64,000 nucleotides of DNA, from positions 3,019,606-3,083,605 of the forward strand of contig OY761541.1 in the NCBI GenBank assembly GCA_963664625.1. Reading direction: 5' to 3'. Source of the DNA: Dehalococcoidia bacterium (GTDB lineage: Bacteria; Chloroflexota; Dehalococcoidia; Lucifugimonadales; UBA3495). Of this stretch, positions 48,328 to 55,500 are shown piece by piece (position 1 is the first letter of the stretch; each line of letters opens with the position of its first letter). The position numbers and the translations under genes are program-made. The notes below the pieces were generated by a model. It was not told where the DNA came from. It made no database searches and saw only the letters and a list, made by a program, of their open reading frames with translations.

Positions 48328-48342
48328 TGATACTAAGTATCA
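48328..48342. promoter_or_regulatory. Perfect 7-1-7 palindrome, candidate Zur/Fur box
   Basis: TGATACT-A-AGTATCA lies 54-69 nt upstream of the binding-protein start. Compare the Fur-type consensus TGATAATnATTATCA. Confidence 0.6.
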
Positions 48343-48395
48343 TTAGATACCTGGCCCACAGTAAGGTCCACATCAAGTTCAAATCACAATCAGGA

Positions 48396-50762
48396 ATGGA
48401 GGACTCGAGGATGCTATTGATACAAGGTCGCAATATAAATTTTGGCCGTCTGGCCCAGGCGTTTGCTGTGGGTCTTGTCGTATTAAGTGTGGTTTTCTTG
48501 GTTGCCTGCTCAGGTGGTCAGGACCCGCCGGCGACAGAAGGGCCGGAGCCCACTGCTGCCGTCGCCGTTGTGGCCGCCGATTCCCAGCCAACCCAGGAGT
48601 TGGCGCGCCAGGGAACCACATCTACCGGCGCGGGCGTTGTTGAGGCCTCACTCTCCAACCCGCCCGTCAAGGTGGTCACTTCCGCCAACTTTGTGGGTGA
48701 CTGGGCCAGAATCGTGGGTGGAGACCGGGCGGAGGTCTTTGCCATGCTGCCGCCCGGTCAAGATCCACACTCCTACTCGCCGGGAGGTCGGGATGTGGCC
48801 AAGGTCGCGGATGCGGACGTAGTGTTTACCGTTGGCCTGAACCTGGAGGACCAATGGCTGTATGACCTGTTGCGCAATGCCAGTACGGATGAGACCGGGT
48901 TAATCGCCCTTGGCGAATCCGTTGACCCCATTGAGTTTTCCGGGCCGGACCCGCATGGCCACCACGGGGATGACCATGGCGAGATGATGACAGACGACGA
49001 CCACGGCGAAGCGACGATCATGGGGCGTTTGCTGATCGGCGACGGGGAGGACGGCAAAGTTTCCCTGATAGACTTGGAAACGGGACACGTGGACCAGGAC
49101 CGTTTCGATCTGGGATCCCGGGCCGGCCGGATTTACCCCACCCGAAATGGCCGCTATGCAATCGCCGTTTCCTCTGACGCCAACACCGCCCACCTGTTTG
49201 ACGGCGGCATATTTATGGAACCCCACGGCGACCACTTCGACTTGGTGGAAACACCGACGCAGCAACTTGAAATCGACTTGGCGGGGGACCGCCCGGTGCA
49301 TCTGTATGTGGGCGAAGAGTGGGCGACCATTTTCTACGACGGCTCGGGGGATGTAGTGCTCATCAATGAGCATGAATTGGGAGAGCAGGAGGACAACTAT
49401 GTTCCTGTACGGATGAACGCAGGTCCTCAACACGGAGCGGCGGTGCCTCTGGAAGGCGATCTGTTCGCCGTGTCTATTCAGCACCCGGACTATTCCCAGA
49501 ACCCCGAAGAATACCGATCGCCCATTGGCGCGGAGATCAGGGATCTGGACGGCAACGTGCTGTACGGAGTGGAGGGTTGCGACTCGCTGCACGGAGATGC
49601 AGGCAACGGTCACATGGCTGTCTTCGGCTGCGTGGGTGGCGCATTGGCCATAGAAGCCCACGACGGTGAATATGACCATGTGTTCGTCCCCGCTCCAGAT
49701 GGCGCACCTGACGACTTCCGGCTCACAACAGTTTGGGGCTACCACGGCTTGGACCACTTCTTCGCCTTGGGATCGGAGGTGGGGCTGTACATGGTGGAGC
49801 CGGAAGAGGAAGAGATGGAACTGCTAATCCCCGCCACGGAGAATCTCCGTCCAATCCAGGCCCAGCTTGGCCATGGAGGTGAAACCCTGTTAGTGGTCAT
49901 GAGCGACGGCGAGTTGCGGATGTACGACGCTCACGACCTGGACCTGTTGGCTTCCTCGGACGGCCTTTTGACCACGCCGGTGGAAACCGGTTTCTGGGCT
50001 CGGCCCCACCTTGCCACGGCGCCGGGCGCGATTTTCGTCACTGACTCGGTGGGGGGACGGGTGCTGCAACTGGATGCCCACGACCTGACGGAAGTCGGGC
50101 ACTGGGATGTCTCCGGGTCCCCCACCAAGATCGCTTTCGTCGGAATCATGGGTGGCGAGGCCGGCCACCAGGACGAACACAGCCAGGACGGCCACAGCCA
50201 GGATGAACATGGCCATGAGGGGCACGACCACGGCCTTCTGGACCCCCACTTCTGGTTCGATCCAGTCAGGGTGAAGATCGCCGTCAACGAAATAGCCGCT
50301 CAGCTTTCGACGCTGGACCCCGATAGCGCGAGCGTCTACTACCGGAACGCCATCGATTATGGAAAGCAGCTTGACGAGTTGCACGCCTGGATCCAGGAGC
50401 AGGTTGATATGGTTCCGCCGGAGCGAAGACTGCTGGTTACATCCCATGACACCTTCGCCTACTTTGCAAAGGCTTACGGATTTGAGGTCGTCGGCTTTGT
50501 CATACCGTCTCTGGCCCCGGACTTGGAACCTTCGGCGGACCACATAGCGGGACTGATTGAGGTGGTCCGGGAGCACAATGTCCCCGCTGTGTTTGGCGAG
50601 ACTACCGTCAACGAAAGGCTGGCACGAACCGTAGCAAGGGAGACCGGGGTGGAACTGGTCCAGCTCTATACCGGCTCCATGGGAGTAGAGGGCAGTGGCG
50701 CGGACACATACCTTGGCATGGTGCGGACCAACGTGGAACGGATAGTGGATGCCTTGAAATAA
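48396..50762 (+). CDS. ZnuA/AztC-type (cluster A-I) metal-binding lipoprotein with a nested ~380-aa propeller-like insertion
   Basis: Lipobox FLVACSG. The N-lobe contains ...LPPGQDPHSYSP.... His/Asp-rich linkers lie at aa 185-205 and 588-613. The C-lobe contains DPHFWFDP...TSHDTFAYFAKAYGF...VFGETTVN. The insertion is aa ~206-588 (nt 49011-50159). The ATG at 48411, after GGAGG, is an alternative start. Confidence 0.85.
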   Translation: MEDSRMLLIQGRNINFGRLAQAFAVGLVVLSVVFLVACSGGQDPPATEGPEPTAAVAVVAADSQPTQELARQGTTSTGAGVVEASLSNPPVKVVTSANFVGDWARIVGGDRAEVFAMLPPGQDPHSYSPGGRDVAKVADADVVFTVGLNLEDQWLYDLLRNASTDETGLIALGESVDPIEFSGPDPHGHHGDDHGEMMTDDDHGEATIMGRLLIGDGEDGKVSLIDLETGHVDQDRFDLGSRAGRIYPTRNGRYAIAVSSDANTAHLFDGGIFMEPHGDHFDLVETPTQQLEIDLAGDRPVHLYVGEEWATIFYDGSGDVVLINEHELGEQEDNYVPVRMNAGPQHGAAVPLEGDLFAVSIQHPDYSQNPEEYRSPIGAEIRDLDGNVLYGVEGCDSLHGDAGNGHMAVFGCVGGALAIEAHDGEYDHVFVPAPDGAPDDFRLTTVWGYHGLDHFFALGSEVGLYMVEPEEEEMELLIPATENLRPIQAQLGHGGETLLVVMSDGELRMYDAHDLDLLASSDGLLTTPVETGFWARPHLATAPGAIFVTDSVGGRVLQLDAHDLTEVGHWDVSGSPTKIAFVGIMGGEAGHQDEHSQDGHSQDEHGHEGHDHGLLDPHFWFDPVRVKIAVNEIAAQLSTLDPDSASVYYRNAIDYGKQLDELHAWIQEQVDMVPPERRLLVTSHDTFAYFAKAYGFEVVGFVIPSLAPDLEPSADHIAGLIEVVREHNVPAVFGETTVNERLARTVARETGVELVQLYTGSMGVEGSGADTYLGMVRTNVERIVDALK

Positions 50763-50935
50763 ACCCAGACCCTCAGCAAGGTGGACCGGCGAAGGGGGGC
50801 GTTGGCCTACGTCCCCCTAATGCGACAGCGGCGGCAGTGCATATTTCCTAGTTGATACATCGTGGCAATGGCGACATCGCTGGCTGCAATCTTCAATCGA
50901 TACATCATCTCAATAAAATGTAAAGAGGATTCTAT

Positions 50936-51146
50936 ATGAACACGCCGCGCAAAGTACCTGCCACCATCCTCACCGGCTTCCTCGGCTCTGGCAAGACGAC
51001 CCTACCCAGCCGGATCTTGACTGAGCAGCGTGGAACTGGGCGGGTACATGGCCCTGAGCAAGGTTACATTCGATGCAAGCGCAGGTACCCTGTTGGGCGT
51101 CGTCGGACCCAACGGAGCCGGTAAGAGCACCCTGTTCTATACCTAA
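50936..51146 (+). pseudogene. Chimeric remnant: a duplicate of the cobW 5' end joined out of frame to a ZnuC-like ABC ATPase fragment
   Basis: 50907-51029 is about 90% identical to 51146-51269 (RBS plus the first 31 codons of the COG0523 gene). 51030-51146 encodes [38 protein letters not shown] (Walker A) in another frame. Confidence 0.6.
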
Positions 51147-51175
51147 TCTCAATCAAACCTGAAGGAGGATTCTAT

Positions 51176-52603
51176 ATGAACACGCAGCACAAAGTACCTG
51201 TCACCATCCTCACCGGCTTCCTCGGCTCTGGCAAGACGACCCTGCTCAACCGGATCTTGACTGAGGAGCACGGCAAGCGTATTGCCGTGATCGAGAACGA
51301 GTATGGGGAGGTCGGCATCGATCAGGCGCTCGTCATCAACGCTGACGAGGAGGTCTTCGAGATGTCGAACGGTTGCATCTGCTGCACGGTGCGCGGAGAT
51401 CTGATTCGGGTGCTCAACAATCTCAATAAGCGCCGCGACAAGTTCGACTATGTGTTGGTGGAAACCACAGGGCTCGCCGATCCCGGTCCGGTCGCGCAGA
51501 CATTCTTCATGGATGACGAGCTTCGCGCTGAATACGCGCTTGACGGGATCGTCACGCTCGTTGATGCAGCCCACATTGATCAGCAGCTCGGCCGAAGCGA
51601 CGAAAGCACGGAGCAAATCGCGTTCGCAGACGTCCTCTTGCTCAACAAGACGGACCTCGTCAACGACGAGACCCTTGATAATCTGGAGTCTCGGCTCCGG
51701 GGCATGAACCGAATGGCCCGAGTCCTGCGCAGCGAGATGGCGAACGTACCGATAGACACCGTGCTCGACTTGGCCGCCTTCGACCTGGACCAGGTGCTCG
51801 AGCGTCGTCCCACCTTCCTCGAGCCGGAGTATCCCTTCGAATGGACGGGCGTCTATTCCCTCGGTGCCGGCCGCTACGAACTCAGCCTCGCCGAAGGGCC
51901 TGACCCGTCAATGTCCCTGGTCGTCGTACCCGATCAGGCCACGGATGACGCTGCCCTCCGGGAGGGCGCGGAGTGGTGTGTGCGGCAGTACGCCGAACCC
52001 GCGGAGACCATTCAACCGGGGGAAGAGATTCCGGTCGGAAAGCATGTGGACCTCCGGCTCGATTCCCCAGGGCGCAAGTCGTTCTTCTTTGAGGTCGCTG
52101 CGCCGGGTCGGTTTGGCCTCTTCACCCAGCACCTCCCGGAGGAGTTCGATCTCCAACTGAGGAATGCGGATGGAGAGGCTTTCAAACTGGGGGGCAACTT
52201 TTGCTCCGAGCCTGCCTGCATAGAGGAAGAGACAGACACGAAACGCATCAAGGGAGCGGCGGTTCCCGCCGAAGCCGAGCGGACCTGGGTCGCCCAGCAC
52301 GAGCACGACGACGAGGTGGGGTCAATCTCCATCGAGATAGACGGCGACGCCGACCCCGAAAAGCTCAACGCCTGGCTTGGCCAACTGCTCCGGGAACGCG
52401 GGGTGGACATCTTCCGAATGAAGGGCTTCATCAGCGTCGCGGGGGAGTCGCGTCGCTTCGTCTTCCAGGGGGTTCACATGCTCTTTGACGGCCAGCCGGA
52501 CCGCGAATGGGGGGACGCCCCCCGCCGCAATCAACTCGTCTTCATCGGCCGCAACCTCGATGGACAGAGTATGCGTGAGGGGTTCGAAGCATGTCTGATT
52601 TAA
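51176..52603 (+). CDS. COG0523-family (CobW/ZigA-like) metallochaperone GTPase with an internal ~155-aa insertion
   Basis: [12 protein letters not shown] (P-loop), GCICC (CxCC metal motif), ETTGLADP, NKTDL, and the C-terminal CobW_C pattern HEHDDEVGSISIE...IFRMKGF. aa ~219-374 have no counterpart in the canonical architecture. Confidence 0.9.
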   Translation: MNTQHKVPVTILTGFLGSGKTTLLNRILTEEHGKRIAVIENEYGEVGIDQALVINADEEVFEMSNGCICCTVRGDLIRVLNNLNKRRDKFDYVLVETTGLADPGPVAQTFFMDDELRAEYALDGIVTLVDAAHIDQQLGRSDESTEQIAFADVLLLNKTDLVNDETLDNLESRLRGMNRMARVLRSEMANVPIDTVLDLAAFDLDQVLERRPTFLEPEYPFEWTGVYSLGAGRYELSLAEGPDPSMSLVVVPDQATDDAALREGAEWCVRQYAEPAETIQPGEEIPVGKHVDLRLDSPGRKSFFFEVAAPGRFGLFTQHLPEEFDLQLRNADGEAFKLGGNFCSEPACIEEETDTKRIKGAAVPAEAERTWVAQHEHDDEVGSISIEIDGDADPEKLNAWLGQLLRERGVDIFRMKGFISVAGESRRFVFQGVHMLFDGQPDREWGDAPRRNQLVFIGRNLDGQSMREGFEACLI

Positions 52604-53691
52604 ATGCCGACGGCCCGAAGAGTGTTCTTACCCAAGGCTGGTTTGCGTCGGTCGGCGACTACGCCATCGCTGGGGGATGGATCCTGCGTGGCGAGGCGCT
52701 GGTGGCCGGCGATGCCGAGGGCAGCGTCTACGGATTCGACGGCGAGTCCGGCGCGACCGCCTGGGAGCGGCCCGGGGTTCATGAGGGTGGAGTGCTCGCG
52801 GTGGCAATCCACCCCAGCGGGGCCGCGTTCGCCACGGCCGGCAAGGACGGCCGGGTCTTAATCTGGAACGCCGCCGAAGGTCAGGTAAGCCGGGCTATAG
52901 ACGTCGGAAGCGGTTGGGTGGAAAACTTAGCGTGGTCTCCGGACGGCCAACGGTTGGCGGCCTCCTGCTCCCGGCAGGTTTACATGTATGACGCGGACGG
53001 CGCGGAGGTTTGGCGCTCTGATGATCATCCCAGCACCGTCAGCGCCATCGCCTGGTCGAGCGCAAGGGAACTGGCGACGGCCTGTTATGGTCGGGCGAGC
53101 TTCTTTAACGCAGCCACCGGCAATCTCCGCCAGAAGCTGGAGTGGCAGGGATCCCTGGTGTCGATGGTGCTGAGCCCGGGCGGGGGCATCGTGGCCTGCG
53201 GCAGCCAGGACAACTCGGTGCATTTCTGGCGCCGCTCCACGGGGCAGGATTCCGAGATGTTCGGATATCCTGGCAAGCCCTCGGCTCTGGCTTTCGATGA
53301 CACCGGCACCCTTTTGGCCACCAGCGGCGGAGAGGCGGTGACGGTCTGGAGCTTCCGGAAAAAGGGCCCCGAAGGTACGCAGCCCGGCGTCCTGGAGTTT
53401 CATACTGAATCTGTAACGACCCTTGCCTTCGCTCCCGGCGCGATGCGCTTGGCATCGGGGGGGCGAGATGGCGCCGTGGTTGTGTGGTCGCTGCGGAGAA
53501 GTGGAAAAGGCGACCCGATAGGGGCCGAGGATGTAGGAGCCGCAGTGTCCAAATTATACTGGCAACCTGACGGGGGCGGCCTTGCCGCCCTCGACGCGCG
53601 GGGTGGCGTGATGGTTTGGCGGATAGACCCGACAAAGGGCCGGGGTAGCCGCGCCCGCGCAGCGCGGCGCCCCGGTTCGGGCGGCGGCTGA
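52591..53691 (+). CDS. WD40-repeat beta-propeller protein (cytoplasmic)
   Basis: Seven or so units of the form H...V..(L/I)A(F/W)SPDG..LA(S/T).G.D..V..W. No signal peptide. The ATG overlaps the COG0523 stop by 13 nt. Confidence 0.85.
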   Translation: MSDLNADGPKSVLTQGWFASVGDYAIAGGWILRGEALVAGDAEGSVYGFDGESGATAWERPGVHEGGVLAVAIHPSGAAFATAGKDGRVLIWNAAEGQVSRAIDVGSGWVENLAWSPDGQRLAASCSRQVYMYDADGAEVWRSDDHPSTVSAIAWSSARELATACYGRASFFNAATGNLRQKLEWQGSLVSMVLSPGGGIVACGSQDNSVHFWRRSTGQDSEMFGYPGKPSALAFDDTGTLLATSGGEAVTVWSFRKKGPEGTQPGVLEFHTESVTTLAFAPGAMRLASGGRDGAVVVWSLRRSGKGDPIGAEDVGAAVSKLYWQPDGGGLAALDARGGVMVWRIDPTKGRGSRARAARRPGSGGG

Positions 53692-53823
53692 TCCTCCGCC
53701 CACCCATCGAGCAGTCACACCTGTTACACCTGAAGCCAGACATCGGTATTTGTCCATCGAAGTCGAGTTGAAGGATCGTCATGTCCAAACTATTGATGCA
53801 AAGTGTCAGATTTATCATCCTGG

Positions 53824-53953
53824 TGCGCTGGGTGTCCTGTTATCCCTGGCGGTAGCCTGCGGGGCGTCATCCGCGGCCAGACCACCGTCAGCGAAAGCTG
53901 GCGCAGACCGTGGCAAGAGAAACCGGAGTGGAACTGGTCCAGCTCTATACCGG
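53824..53953 (+). pseudogene. Collapsed binding-protein gene: lipoprotein signal peptide abutting a copy of the znuA 3' end
   Basis: GALGVLLSLAVACGASS (lipobox LAVAC) is followed directly by 53881-53953, which is about 85% identical to 50601-50674 (ETTVNERLARTVARETGVELVQLYTG), with one indel breaking the frame. Confidence 0.5.
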
Positions 53954-54002
53954 CCCTATCCTTTCAACCCCAAAGGCAAAACGGTATCCGGTTTCCAAAA
54001 TA

Positions 54003-54033
54003 AATCCCCGGACTCTGTCAAAGTCCGGGGATT
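54003..54033 (-). terminator. Rho-independent terminator of the SelA-like gene
   Basis: Perfect 11-bp stem AATCCCCGGAC/GTCCGGGGATT with a 9-nt loop, followed on the minus strand by TTATTTTGG. Confidence 0.6.
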
Positions 54034-54060
54034 CTAACATTTCAGCCTGTTTGACTCCCG

Positions 54061-55224
54061 CTACTTCTTGAACAACGCCGCTATGCTTTGACCCACAATC
54101 TCAGCCTCTCCGTCATACAACCCGAATGCGTGAAGCTCGATGCCGGTCTCTCCGTCGCGGACACGGGTCCAGATGGGCGGGTCGCCCTCCTTCAGCCGGG
54201 CCACAACGTCGTGGTCAGTGAAACCGGCGACATCCGCGTCAATTTCCAGTTTCACGCCGTAGGGCATGTGGCCGATGACGTTGTCGATCAGTTTCGCGTC
54301 CAAGCCTGGAATGCCTACCAGCGGCGCGAGCATGGTGCGGGACTTCTGCTCCGCGTCGGCCAGCCGGTCCTCGTGGTTGATGGTCATCCACCGGCGAGTC
54401 GCCGCCACCGCGCCGATTATCTCTTGTCGGTCCACCTTCTGCGGGCGGCCCACTCCCCGCACTCGCCGTCCCTCGTAGCTGGCGAAGGCCTGTAGGCCGA
54501 CCTTCCGAATCATCTCCCTGGATCCCAGCGCCAACCCAACCGACTGGGGCGCTCCCATGTACTTGGCGGCGATGCACTGGAAGTCGGCACCCATGCGGAT
54601 GTACTTGCCGAAATTCTCCAGCGGGTAAATCTGCCCAGCAGCGTCTACGGTCACCAGGACGTCGTGGGCGTGGGCAATCTCGATAGTCTTTTCCAGTGAC
54701 AGAGCGTGCGGGTCGTGTTCCTGCTCCACCGCGTAGTAGTGGACGGCGGCAGTATTCGGCCCGATGGCCTTCTCCAGGTCCTCCTCGGTCGTCTGCTCCT
54801 CTGAGCCGAAGTTCACCAGCTTGGCCCCTGCCAACTCCAAACAGCGGTCGTACCAATAACGTTGCCGGGTCTGGATGAGAATCTCGTTCTTCATCCCGGC
54901 CGTGTCCGGCAGTTGCTGTATTTTGTCGTCATCGTCTCCGGCCATCGCGGCCGCTGTCGCCAGTGTCAACGCCGACCCGGCGCCCGACGTTATATACGCC
55001 GCCGGAACGTCCGCCATCCTGGCTATGACGTCCCCGGCTTTTTCCTGCAAGTCCATCAGGGGTATGTAGGCGCTGTTGGCTTGCGCCATCGCCTCCAGGA
55101 CTTCAGGCCAGGGAGTCGACCCTCCCAGCATGGTTACGCTTCCCGTGGCGTTGATTACCGGCATGGCTCCCAGTTCTTTGTAAATATTTCCCCAGTCTGT
55201 CCCTGGCACGATGTCCTCCTTCAT
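54061..55224 (-). CDS. SelA-like PLP-dependent enzyme (DgaE / L-seryl-tRNA(Sec) selenium transferase-related family)
   Basis: IYKELGAMPVINATGSVTMLGGSTPWPEVLEAM ... ITSGAGSALTLA ... AAKYMGAPQSVG (PLP-Lys region). Only the last 387 codons of the 733-codon track ORF look coding. Confidence 0.75.
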   Translation of the reverse strand: MKEDIVPGTDWGNIYKELGAMPVINATGSVTMLGGSTPWPEVLEAMAQANSAYIPLMDLQEKAGDVIARMADVPAAYITSGAGSALTLATAAAMAGDDDDKIQQLPDTAGMKNEILIQTRQRYWYDRCLELAGAKLVNFGSEEQTTEEDLEKAIGPNTAAVHYYAVEQEHDPHALSLEKTIEIAHAHDVLVTVDAAGQIYPLENFGKYIRMGADFQCIAAKYMGAPQSVGLALGSREMIRKVGLQAFASYEGRRVRGVGRPQKVDRQEIIGAVAATRRWMTINHEDRLADAEQKSRTMLAPLVGIPGLDAKLIDNVIGHMPYGVKLEIDADVAGFTDHDVVARLKEGDPPIWTRVRDGETGIELHAFGLYDGEAEIVGQSIAALFKK

Positions 55225-55500
55225 GTCCGGTCTCGGCCCTTTGCCGGACGGTGCAGGCTGTTTCCGTTGAGTATCATATCCACCACTGCCCGCCGTGTCT
55301 AGGGAGCGATTGCCGAAGGTCCGTTTCGTGTAGTTCAGACCGTTGTATTGGTAGGGGCAACCCGCGAATGCGTATAACCCTCCTCGTGGTTGCCCTAGCT
55401 TCCCTCGCCAGAGCAGCCTTCGCCTAGCCACTGCCCACGTTACCAAGAGTGGGCTATAATGCCTCTGCCCATCGTATTCTCCCCAACGAAGGAGTATGAC

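Noticed and set aside
50840-50935. Additional Zur boxes (TGATAC half-sites at about 50853 and 50899) in front of the cobW duplicate
   Set aside because: Only single half-sites are present. The 7-1-7 partners match at 2-3 of 7 positions, which is indistinguishable from chance.
54061-55224. Evidence for selenocysteine metabolism from the SelA-fold gene
   Set aside because: There is no selB, selD, tRNA-Sec or SECIS-bearing gene in the window. The N-terminal sequence matches the DgaE-like branch better than true SelA.
55296-55335. CTAGGG...GGTCCG resemblance to the 5' half of a guanidine-I (ykkC) riboswitch upstream of the formamidase gene
   Set aside because: The conserved 3' elements (ACGG...GGGA...AAGCCCGGGAG) are absent. 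The match also lies upstream of the best promoter candidate (TATAAT at 55455), so it would not be in the mRNA leader.
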